A DNA stretch of 64,000 bases, from assembly GCA_904063045.1 (NCBI GenBank), contig CAJFCJ010000013.1:726156-790155 (forward strand). The letters are read 5' to 3'. This document shows, piece after piece, positions 38,399 to 50,227 of this stretch. The notes below the pieces were generated by a model that ran no database searches, was not told where the DNA came from, and saw only the letters and a program-made list of their open reading frames with translations. The translations under genes and the position numbers were made by a program. The DNA comes from Dimorphilus gyrociliatus. Taxonomy: Eukaryota; Animalia; Annelida. Within the stretch, counting starts at the first letter, position 1; the number at the start of each line of letters is the position of its first letter.

Positions 38399-39173
38399 CT
38401 TTAAAGTCCCTTAGACGTGGCAATCTGGACAGAAAGTGAACCTTGATACCGGCTTCTTTGCAATCAAATTAGTCAATTATCAATACAGAAAAATTCTTTG
38501 GTTAACATAAAATAGATGGCGTTACTATATTTCTCTATAATTTTATCATTTTTATCTTGCGTTTTATCATTGTTAGTCCACCAATTAAAAAAGAAGATGG
38601 ACTGATAATATTAATATTGATTGATTATAAAAAAAAATGTTCAAATCAGATATAATCAGTTAGAAAGTGAAAGATTATCTTTCTCGCACCTCTTATATAG
38701 TAGTTTACAGATGGTGTTTAAATAGTAATAAAAAAAACAACAAAAAGGATAGAAGTAAGATATTTCTAACCTATCTTTAACACTGTTATTTAGTCTCGAT
38801 AAAGAGTGCAATTATGAAAAGGTAGGCTTTTTAAATGGCGTCAAGTTCTTTTACCTACTTCCTATACTGTATAGGCTGACATAGGTTGATGACGTGCACA
38901 TTAAAAATAATACTCCTCATTAATAGGACAACTATTAAGTTGTTTGGATAATTTATTCCTTTATTCAATCAATTAATTAATAGTTGTTCAATAACTAATA
39001 TTTACTATCATATATATATCATACTATTCGTTATTCTCTAAGGAAGAAATAACAAAAAATGAACTAAAAGCCTTCGAAAGTCTATTATAGTTGCTCTTTA
39101 CCACTTATATTTTATTGTCTCTATTATATTCTAAAAGATATTGAGCAAAAGAAAAATTGGATAAAGAATAATA

Positions 39174-40325
39174 TTAGTAATAAGCGGGCGTCTTCGATTG
39201 TTGACCAATTGACTTATAAATATCCATTTCCGCTTGGTAGTCTTCATCGTCTACTTTAGTAAACTTTCTTATACCATATTCGGCAAACAATTTAGAATAA
39301 TTCGGCAAAGTAGGCAATGATAGGAGAGCATCGGCCAGCTCCTCTTTAATTTCGGTTGGCAAGCTTGATCTAACAACAATTGGTTGAACTGGTAATGGCC
39401 CCAATGAACTAATCGCAATAAAGTCGTCATGAGCATGAGGGTAAGACTTTAGATAAAACTTAAGCGCATTCGAATCGACCGAAGCACATTCCACTCTTTG
39501 TTCACGAACCATTTTAATAGAATTCAAGTGAGAACCTGTTCAAATAAATTTGTCTTTTTTTTATACAAAAGAAAATCATATTCAACGTACATAATTATGC
39601 ATAAATATAATATTGCTTACCACTCTCAAGCATATTGCTGAAGAATGATGAATTATATCCCTTCTTTTTCAACTCGAGAAGAGGAAGGATGTAACCGCTT
39701 ACCGAATCTTGAGTATTATAAGCATATTTACAGCCCTTTAAGTCTTCGAGTTGTTTATACTTTTTTCTGTTAAAACAAGATGGATGTCTTACGATTAAAA
39801 TAATCCTAAAGCTATTGCAATTCTTCTATTGTTTTTATAAAAACAGTACAATACTATACTTACGCTGTACTTTTATGAATAATCAAATCCGAATAGTAGA
39901 TTGGAAGTTCATCAGAATTCAATCGGTGTTCGTGAACGGCTCCAACAGGTAATAGTTCCACATTTGCACCTTTCTCCTTTAATTTTAAATAGGATTTTGT
40001 GCTCATAAAGCCTATTTCGATTTAGAAGGTATCGTTTAAGAATAATTTCTGTTTGCTGCAAACAAACACTTACCGATATCAAAAACGCTAGCTGATATGG
40101 ATTCAGCATCTGACGTGGAAGTCTGTTCACATAATGATCTACTCTCTACAATCAAAATGGAGCCTTTCGATAACTTTTCCTCGATAAATTTTTGATATAC
40201 CTGAAATAAACAAGCAATAATTAATTTGTTATTTTTTTCTAATCTCTTTTAATGAGGTCTACTTGGTATAACTCCAAGCTCATGCTAGGCGTTAAAAATG
40301 TGGCAATTTTCAAATAGCTGTCCAT
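39174..40325 (-). CDS. PhnD/phosphonate ABC-transporter substrate-binding-protein-like, about 281 aa; exons 40325-40263, 40200-40074, 40011-39864, 39766-39621, 39535-39174
   Basis: LKIATFLTPS, DIGFMS, PIYYSDLIIH, DLKGCKYAYNTQDSVSGY, ESGSHLNSIKMV..ASVDS and LGPLPVQPIVVRSSLP..KEELADALL follow the PhnD/SsuA/transferrin-family layout. Four phase-consistent GT-AG introns. Confidence 0.85.
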
Positions 40326-40890
40326 TTTTTAGTGCTCCCTTAAAATATTATGAAATTGATACAGCCTTTCTTCCCAAAGTCAAACAAAGCTGTAGAAGAC
40401 AAAAAGAGAGGCTTATGTAAATCAATCTTTTCAATTTATGGATACTGTAACAATTTTAAGTGAATAAAATTCGACACTGACAAAAAATAGCGGCAAAATT
40501 TGAAAATAACACTTCAAAAACAAAACTTGCTTGTATTTATTGTATTTATTTTTAACAGAAACACAGCCGACATGTTATTATAAGGCTAATAATCGGCAAT
40601 TTAAATACACCAAACAAATCAATTAAATATTATAAACAAGACGTTACTGTTGAAATCCTTCAATATAATTCTTGCCATTTCATTGTATCTGACTCACAAA
40701 AAGGAAAAATTTCTGCATGAATTTTCCTTTCTTAGATTAACAAATAACATTGCAAACACCTTAAAGACTTCTTTTAAAACAGTACAGCGTCATAGTATAG
40801 ATGACTAGTACCGAGATAGAATAAAATAAGCAAAATTGACAAAGAAACTCATGAACAATGAATAGTGCGGAAAAAAATATAATTGATAAA

Positions 40891-42871
40891 TCAAAGATGA
40901 TTGGACGAAGGTGGTCTTTTAACAATTGGTTTGGACGGAAGAGATGGTATATTTGAATTCTGTCTTAGTCTGGAAAGGGTACTTGTTTCCGGACTGGACG
41001 GACTGGTGAATACTGATTTCTTTCCATCTAAAGACGAAGATGTCTGGAGGGGACGCAATCTAAAAAAACAAGTTGATTACGTGATCTGTTTATTATTTTT
41101 GCTAATTTATTCAGACTCACTTAAATTTTCGACGAGACTGTATTGAAAAGGAGATGGAATTATTTTTAGGCGGAGTAACTGGTGGCTTAGGCTCTTCTAT
41201 AGACTCTTCGTCATTAGATTCAACAGTATCGCTTGACAATACTTCTGCTTCTTCATCAAGTCCTCTATCTTCAATGCGAAGTATCTGAGGAGCACTGGCT
41301 TCCTCAATCAATTGCATTCTCCTATAAAACAGTAACAAGTTATTGACAACCATGAGAAATAGCTAAAAGCTATTATTTACTTTTTATGCTCTATTCTCCA
41401 ACTGTCTATCTCTTCAGATAGCTGATCTGCTTCGGCATTCGACTCTGAATTAGGTGTAGATCTTTCGGGGGCACTCTACAAAACAAATTTCATTGAAAGT
41501 GACCATGACTTTTAGTTTAATTACAAAGACAGTAACTCAAGTTCTTACAGAGAAATTTAGAGGCTTCTTCTTCATATCTTGCAAAGCCTTAGATCGACGG
41601 CGAAGTGCAGTAGATAAGTTTCCATAAACTAGAGCTCCCTTTGTTAAATCACTATGATAATCGTCAGCTACTTCTTCTAAATCGAAACGGGAAGCCGTCG
41701 AAGGCCGACTAGCAGTCTTTGGACGGGTTTGAGGAGTGGACGGTTTCAGTGCAGATCCAGGCCTATATGACGTATTTAAACGACCAGAACTTGGTAGAGA
41801 GGAGGAAGGTCTTGAAGTATCTGTTAAATTACTTTCGGATTCTTCGGATGTAAATCCTTCTTCCTTTAATTGATTAATATATTCCCAATCAGCTTCAAAC
41901 ACGTTTGTTGGCACATTTTTACTCGAAGGATAGTCTTTTAAGCTTTTGCCATCTAATACTTTTAATTGAGTTATACATTGGATAATTCTAGCGCGATAAT
42001 CGTAATTGACCTATATAAAATAATTAATCATACAATCATAAATACAATTTTACCAAGCTAATTTATCAAATACAAACTGATTTTTCATTTGGTGCTGGCT
42101 CTTTACAAACCGGGTTGTTATCCAAAGTGAGTGTTTCTAAATTTGGGCATATTCCTAAATGCTCCACTTGATACAAACAATCAACGTTATTGCTATTAGA
42201 AAAATTATTATCTTTTTGTTTACTCTGCAAACTATCATAAATTATCAACATACCCTTCCAAATCTAAAAGGTTGAGATTTTCCAACATACTAAAAGGTCC
42301 TAATTCGCTTATTTCATTATAAGCAAGATACATTTCGGTAATATTTATCATTGTTGAAACGCCGTCGACATCCCAAAGCCAACTTCTATTCATCCATAGC
42401 ACCTTCACATTATTTAATGAGGAGCCTAAATCCCTTCAATAGGAAAAAATAAGAAATACCTATTAGAGAATATCGATAATATATCATAACAATTTACCGA
42501 ATCTGTTCCACATGGCTATCATTCAGGTGTAAATACTGTAAGTTTGGAAGGTGGGCACCGAAATTACCCAGACTCCCCTCTCTGGAATCAACCTTAGCTT
42601 CAAAACTGATTATATCTTCAAGATCGTCCTTTCCAGTAAGATCTCTCTGTTAAATTGAAGGAAAATTGAATCAATTCTGAACATAATTAGACTAATAAAA
42701 CATTTAACGAACCAGTCTCCTTGGAGAAAGATATTGAATCATCATCAATTGATTATCATCAGTAATAATGGGATCAGGATTCAACAAACTTCCCTGATTC
42801 TCAGGATATTCCATTAAATGTACATGGGGTCGTACTTGAAAGTTATTAGCAGTTATCTGAACGGGATTCAT
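40891..42871 (-). CDS. LRRC56: Leucine-rich repeat protein 56 (motile cilia dynein transport factor), about 8 exons
   Basis: YLSPRRL, KVDSREGSLGNFGAHLPNL, DLGSSLNNVKVLW, YLAYNEISEL, LDLEGNNV, LETLTLDNNPVC..PAP. Start may be 42814. Confidence 0.9.
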
Positions 42872-43512
42872 TGTTTTGTTTTGCTATTTTGTTTTCGTTG
42901 TTAGATTCAAGCTTTCAAGCAATTCGTCGAAGAATTGTAATAAGGTCAATCTGAGAGGGCAAAAATTAGAGAAGAATGAGAATGACAAGTGTTAATAACG
43001 GTTAAGTAAGTTTCATAGGAGATAGTATAACATTGCTTATGATATTCTTTAGTTATTGAAAAAAATCTTCTAACTATTTTCTTTGTTAAGTAGGTTACTG
43101 AAATAATTTGAAGTTGAAATCTTACTATAATCAAAATTCAACATTGGAAGGCAGTCTGTAACGGTTTTATGTAGACATTCAATAGGCTAGACTGCCATGA
43201 CTCGAGAGGTTAATAAACAAATATAAACTTACGTATTAGATCCGCTCAGCCAAATTTCCTTGCAATTTCTCATAGATACTTGCAAATCTGTTTAGAAATT
43301 TATCAAAAATTCTTTAAAAATTCTAAAGTTTTTTCGATTTGAAGAAAAATTTATATCAGTGAATAAAGAATATGCTTTTTTAAAAAAATAAAATTATATG
43401 GTGATTTATTATTGCAGTTGAAAGATAAGCTAAAAAATATTGCCATAAATGAATTACAAACCTTCCATTCAGACTTTCTTATTTTAAAATTTACTGTAGC
43501 AACGACACTGTG

Positions 43513-43695
43513 CCGCCATCTTAACATAGGAATACAACTAGTTCCGTCTATTGGTAAAAATTTGATAATCGATCATTACGATAATACAGTATTTTACCGA
43601 TAATTTGTAATGATGTATAATATCCGATATGTATCGTCAAGAATTTAAACGATTAATTACGTCATAAAAGGAATTGCCAGATTGGACATGCGCAA
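43513..43695. promoter_or_regulatory. Probable bidirectional LRRC56/CEPT1 promoter elements
   Basis: YY1-like CCGCCATCTT near 43513, CRE-like TTACGTCA near 43658, TGCGCA near 43689, between divergent genes. Confidence 0.4.
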
Positions 43696-43761
43696 TTAGA
43701 GTAGGAAAACCCCTATTATCGAAGTGTCTAATTCGGCAGTTTGAACATCGGTGACGAAAAC

Positions 43762-45564
43762 ATGCCGCATGTCTTATCCGAATTGCAGTTGAAAAGATTA
43801 ACGGAGCACAAATATAGTGCTACCGGCAGTTCGATTTTAGAGCCTCTTATGCAAAAGTTTTGGCGATGGATTGTTGAGCAAATTCCGTTGTGGTGGGCCC
43901 CGAACGCGATAACACTTACCGGGTTATTCTGCAATGTCGCCACGACGATAATCTTATGCTACTACAGTCCAGATATACAGGGAAAGGTGAGTTTATTATG
44001 AAATAGTTGTCATACTGCCAGCGGTTTGACGGTGTATATATTTACACGTAAAAAATACCGCTATAAATTACTATTGTTTTCTTTATAAATATAGCAAATC
44101 GGTAACAAGTCTATATTCGGTATTCATATAGCCTCCAGCCTGGGCGTTTTTACTATGTGCCAGTGGTTTGTTCATGTACCAAGTCCTTGACGCCATTGAC
44201 GGTAAACAAGCTAGGCGGACAAACTCTTCTTCTCCATTAGGCGAGCTCTTCGACCACGGTTGTGACTCGGTGTCAACAGGTACACTATGCTTTCTTAAAT
44301 TATAAGTTTTCAATAGTTAAGATCTTATCATAATCTTTATCTGATACGTCATTCTGATGGTTAATGAACTTTGACATTGCAGTATTCGTGGTGTTAGGCT
44401 GCTGTATTGCTGTACAATTAGGAAAACATCCGTCTTTCGTGTTTATTGAAGTTTTCACTACCATCTTCCTCTTTTATGCTGCTCATTGGCAAACCTACGT
44501 TACGGGTACAATGAAATTCGGGAAACTAGACGTCACTGAAGCGCAAATTTCCATCATAACTATCCATATATTAACGGCAATATTTGGGATTGAGATATGG
44601 GATACGCCAGTACCGGTTATCGGAGAACTTAGGTTTGCTCCCGTGTACTTTAGCATATTTACTGCCATATTGGCCTCAAGGCTCTACTTTGGTACTATCT
44701 TCATCCAAGGAGGAGCAGGAAAAAATGGATCTACTATAGCAGTTAGTAAATCAATTTTTAAATGTCCTTATTTTTTATTTGTAAACCTTGACCTTTATGT
44801 TATCATATATTTTTCTTAAACTGAAGCTTTTGTTTATTTAATAGAATTATCTCAGAATTTGTACCCTAAAGCAGTGTACGAATTAAGAGGACACTCGTTA
44901 TGTCTTTTTTTAGTGCTTTATTCTGCTTCCTTAAAATTTTGCATCATTTCTTTTTTATTTCTTATCGACGTCGATAATAATATGTGTAATACTATAATTT
45001 TTAGGGAACATCCACTCTATTTCCGGCATTACCTATTGCAACAGTTGTTATTTTGGCCTTAATTATCTCCTATAAATCAGCATCTAACTTGTTCGAAACT
45101 CATACTACTCTATACTGCGTTAGTTTTGGAATTGTAGCTGCAAAGGTAAGAAAAATACAGGATTATATTACGGATTAATGAATTTGATATTTGTTAAAGG
45201 TGATCAACAAACTCGTCGTCGCGCATATGACAAAAAGTGAAATGGATTTACTTGATCCCTGCTTAACCGGGCCATCGTTACTGTTCCTTAATCAGTACTT
45301 TAATATGCTATTTAATGAGCATATTGTTCTCTGGCTAGCCTGTGTAAGTTTTCCCTTTAGAAATATTTTTGTATTATTATTCAGTTTTTAATATCATCAT
45401 AGATAATCGCAATTTTGGATCTATTCACATGGTCTCGAAAAGTTTGTCTAGATATTTGCGAATTTTTGGGTATATACTGCTTCAGTATTAGACCACTGCA
45501 ATCGGGTAATAACGGGTATGAGCCACCAGTAACTCGTTCAAAGACCAAAGAACGCGATCATTGA
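43762..45564 (+). CDS. CEPT1: Choline/ethanolamine phosphotransferase (CDP-alcohol phosphotransferase), about 7 exons
   Basis: [33 protein letters not shown]; signature [26 protein letters not shown]; AHWQTYVTG; [15 protein letters not shown]1 versus CHPT1 not resolvable. Confidence 0.93.
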
Positions 45565-46690
45565 TTTGAACTTGTTTTGAAACGAACAGTACGTGCAACA
45601 TTTTGTACCATTGGAAGATATTTCTGTTAATTTCAATGTAGCACATAGTCTATTTTGTTTAACCAACACTTGCGTTATATCGAACGAACATATGTAGCGG
45701 TACTTTTTTCGTTTAAGCTATCTAAAAATAATTATTTCATATTTTTTGACTCTACTGCATATGTATTCCTATACACAATCTTTTAAACTCTGCCAGCATT
45801 TTTGATTGTGTAATATTCAGAGCATTTCAATGAAATATATGCTACCGTGGAGTAGTAAACTTTAAATGAATTAAAGGTTATCTAATTTATTCGGAAAATA
45901 GCAATTCGTTCTTTTGATACATTTGTTATTTGATTAAGGTGGAAACAACTTTGAAAGTTAAGTAAATAATTTTTGGCTTATTTTCGAGAGCAAAGTACAG
46001 ATCGTGAGCATTGTTTTTTCATTAAATACCGCCTGTTACGTAAAAGCATAAGCTTTTAATCTTATCATTCTGAAAGCGATCTATGATCGGGATATTATTT
46101 CACGAAAGTTATAGATATGGCAGCGCCATCTACGATCTAATTTTACTTATTATTCCATAAGTGAAATATGAAAGGAGCAAAAGAGAAAAGGTGAAGGGGG
46201 GGCAGTGGGGTGCAGGGAGTGAGGAAAGCTAAAGAAAAAGCAATAATCTCCTTGGAATTAGTGATTTTATAACGATTTATGTTTTCAGAAAATCCGTCTT
46301 TGAAATGATATCCGCTAAATATATTGGCGGTAAAACTTTTTGATGTAATCTGACGCATATATAATCCTATAAAAAAAATAATCTGAATAATATTTATTTC
46401 ATTTACGTTTATAAAAACGGCGCCAAAAGATTAATTAATCGGTAAAAAATAACCGGTGACGTCTGAAAAAAAAGAACCGTTTCTAGCATAAAACAAGCGG
46501 ATCGGTGATAATTTTTGTCTTTTTGCATTTTTCGTTTTATAGAGAATATTAAAAAGTACGAAAAAGGCGGAAGTTGAAATTACTCCGCTTGTGGTGCACT
46601 ACTTTTCTCTGCGCTGCGGCCATTTTGCCCTGGTAATTTTTCGGGAATATTATATCCGTCGATATCTTGGATTTCAGGCTGTAGATAAAA

Positions 46691-48325
46691 ATGACCGAAA
46701 GAGACTATAACGTATATCAAGCCAAGCTGGCCGAACAGGCGGAAAGATATGATGGTACGTATAAAAAATACCTATATTTCAGTGGAATGTTCTCGATTGG
46801 TTACCGGTAAGGACAGTTCGGTGGCCCGGCTCAGAAAAATCGCTACAACAAAATTCACTAGCAATCGGGGGTCATCATTAACAAGAAGTAGACTAATTAC
46901 TAAGCTCCATGTAGTAGATCGTTAATGGTGTGGAGAATTTTAATCCCTAGGCCGCCATGTTGAATTCATTGCTGCAATGATAGTGATTTATATCATTCAG
47001 ATTATGAATTTTGTTAATTTTCCAAAAAATGTAACTGCCCTTTACTTAATTTGTCACATATGATATTGTCTTACACAAAATTATTACCGGTAGAGGTTAA
47101 ATTTAATGACAGGTATATGATGACTAATGCTGAGTTGAATTCCGCGGAGGTCTATTGGCGTCGAAAAGACGTCATTTAGAGGGCATTTATTTCAATACTA
47201 TTTAAATAGGTCACTGGGAATATATAAGACATCTAATGATTTTATAATGTATGAATAGAAATGGTCGAGGCAATGAAGGGAGTCGCCAATCTCGATATAG
47301 AATTGACAGTAGAAGAAAGAAATTTATTATCAGTGGCGTATAAAAACGTTATCGGAGCTAGAAGAGCTTCATGGCGGATAATTAGTTCTATCGAAACGAA
47401 GGAAGAGCCAAAATCGACAGAAGAGAAAATGAATATGATACGCGGTTACAGGAAAAGCGTTTGTATTTTTCATCTGTAGAATTCCAATAGTTTACATAAA
47501 GATTATTATAGGTTGAGAAAGAGCTAAGAGATATCTGCCATGATATTCTTAGTGTTCTCGATGACCATCTGATTCCTTCGGCCACAACCGGTGAATCAAA
47601 AGTATTTTACTACAAAATGTGAGTATATTTTCAAAACTCTTTAACCTGATAATTTATTGCAAATGTGATAAAAAGAATGCTTGATACCAATAATTGTAGT
47701 TTAAAGTCTTTTTTGTATAAATTGCGTAGGCAGCGAAAGTGTCAGCTTACCAGTATGAGGCTTGCGGAGTTAAGCTGTCGTCTATTAGTAATTCACAACA
47801 GATTAAATCGAATAGATGCGTTAATGAGAATATTGACCTTCATTTATTTTTCCTTTATGCAGGAAAGGGGACTATCACCGTTATTTGGCGGAATTTGCGA
47901 CGGGAACAGATAGGAAAGAGGCGGCTGAAAATTCTCTTGTAGCTTACAAGGCTGCAACTGATATTGCTATGGCAGAATTGGCCCCAACGCATCCAATCCG
48001 GTTAGGGCTAGCATTGAACTTCTCTGTTTTCTATTACGAGATCCTAAATTCGCCTGATCGCGCCTGTCGTCTAGCAAAGTCAGCTTTTGATGACGCCATC
48101 GCAGAACTGGATACTCTCAGCGAAGAAAGTTACAAAGACTCTACACTGATCATGCAATTATTGCGTGATAATCTGACTCTTTGGACATCCGACATACAGG
48201 CAGAGGGTGAGTGAACTTTTATAATGGCACAAGCTCCAACTTGAATACTAAATTTTTCAGCAGATAATGAGCAGAAGGCGGAAGGCGCAGTACAAGATAT
48301 TGAAAATGAAGAGAATGCAGCATAG
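46691..48325 (+). CDS. YWHAE: 14-3-3 epsilon; exons 46691-46754, 47259-47458, 47512-47618, 47863-48208, 48261/48264-48325
   Basis: [73 protein letters not shown] (epsilon-type), [21 protein letters not shown]. Confidence 0.97.
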
Positions 48326-49707
48326 ACTGAGGCAGCAGGTTTTTTAGTGCTGCTCAACAATATTTTAAAAATGTTTGCCTGAGCGTTTTTGTGAATTTGG
48401 AATGTTTGGTGCGCGTTATAAAGGGTTATGTGTGGTTTGTTGTATTGTCTACATTGTCGTGTCTTCTGATACTTTTCTTATTGCTGTTGTCACTATTTTC
48501 ACCTGCTTCATTCTTTTGAGTTCAAGCATGAGTAATTCACGCTTCGGATTTTGGTCACTTTTTACTAAATCATCTTAATCATTCATTGAACTTTTTATTT
48601 CTAATATCCCATGCTGCATAAAATGGTTTCTTAACAAAGATCGCCAGTCGCAAAGATCAAGTTTTAGAGTACAGTAATGATCATGCAGCAATAAAAAACC
48701 GAGGACATTATTCACTACAGCGCTCATTCATTACTTTTTAGTGATCATCAAGAGTGGATGTTATTTACACTATCTAGCATGATTATCTATAAAAATACGT
48801 ACATATATATATTTATATTTATAAAATTATATATTTGTATGTATTTTATACTCTTTTTTTCGGTATATATATATATATATATATGACTGCGTCTATATGA
48901 AAATATTTATATACATATATATTTACTTTAATGTATATGTATCTATTTATTCATATATTCAGTATTTATATATATATATATATATATGAATATATATATA
49001 TACGTAATCTATTCTACATACATATTAAAACAAAGAATTTTCTACGTGCGTTTAGTTCATACAATTTATAACTTGCGTATTGTTATTCATATCGAATGCA
49101 TGGGAACCTACTACTACTAATTTAGGTGAGCTGTGTCCCATTATTGTAGAAGTTGGTACATGTGCTCAGTTGTTGTTTTTCTATCTGCAAAGGAAACTTC
49201 TAAAGGTATGAACTTAATAAAGACCATTTTCGATTTAGCGTTTCGTTTACGTCTAATTGTATTGAATGATGTCTAAAACCCGCTTTATCGTTTGTATTGT
49301 GATTGATCACAAATCGTTTGTACTTTATATATCTAAACTAATATCAGATTTAATAACCGATGATAGTGTTTAGGCTACATGTTAAAGCGATGTAATGAAA
49401 CAATTAGCCTGTATTCTAATAACCGCCGTCAAACATTCCGCGTGAAGATGATACCAAATTTTTTCCAAGAAATAAATACATTTGGGGGATTTCTTTTTCA
49501 TTTTGTGCTTTTTTTCTGCTCATTCTCTTCATAAATAGTATAATTTATGATGCAGCATGTAACAATATTTCAGTCTTTTTCGTGCTTGTATTTTAAACGG
49601 TCTGATATGAAACAATGGAAACAAATACAGCTTTCTCAATAGTAATAAATATGAGTATCGAAAGAAAAAACAAAATGAAGGAAATTTTAGTTTTCCAGTC
49701 ATCTTAA

Positions 49708-50183
49708 TTACACCTTCGTATCAGAATCACGAGCCAATCTCGTCAGTTCATATTTAATAGACGCTAAAACAGGAGCAGTAGCTCCCCGAGTGACAACTCG
49801 TTGAGCTATATCGATTTCGTCGTCACCTTTTTCGGCTCTTCCAATATTATAGTTCTTTGTAGTGAATGTCGCATCCGGACTCCTTGTCTGTACTATGGGA
49901 GTTTCAATCATTCCAGGTAGGGCTCTCAATGGACGAAAATCAACTTTATCTTCGGGGGCGTGATCTAAATGTCCATTTGGCTTATGAATGTTTTCGTTAT
50001 CAGTAGAACTGGCAAGAAAATAAGAGCATCTAATTAATATTCTCTAGTACTAGAAAAGGTATGCTTAGTTTGATAAACTGTCACCTGTTCAACATATTAT
50101 GTTCCATAGGGCATATCCGTCTTCCGCTAACCGCACAATTATATGTAAATTTTAAGGGATATTTGTCTATACGCAGCATATAC

Positions 50184-50227
<44 letters not shown>

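Noticed and set aside
39174-40325. Bacterial contamination or a recent HGT island around the PhnD-like gene
   Set aside because: Four canonical introns, host-like composition and ordinary animal genes on both sides.
43487-43500. RFX X-box for the ciliary gene LRRC56 (TTTACTGTAGCAAC near 43490-43503)
   Set aside because: Only one half-site matches; too degenerate to call.
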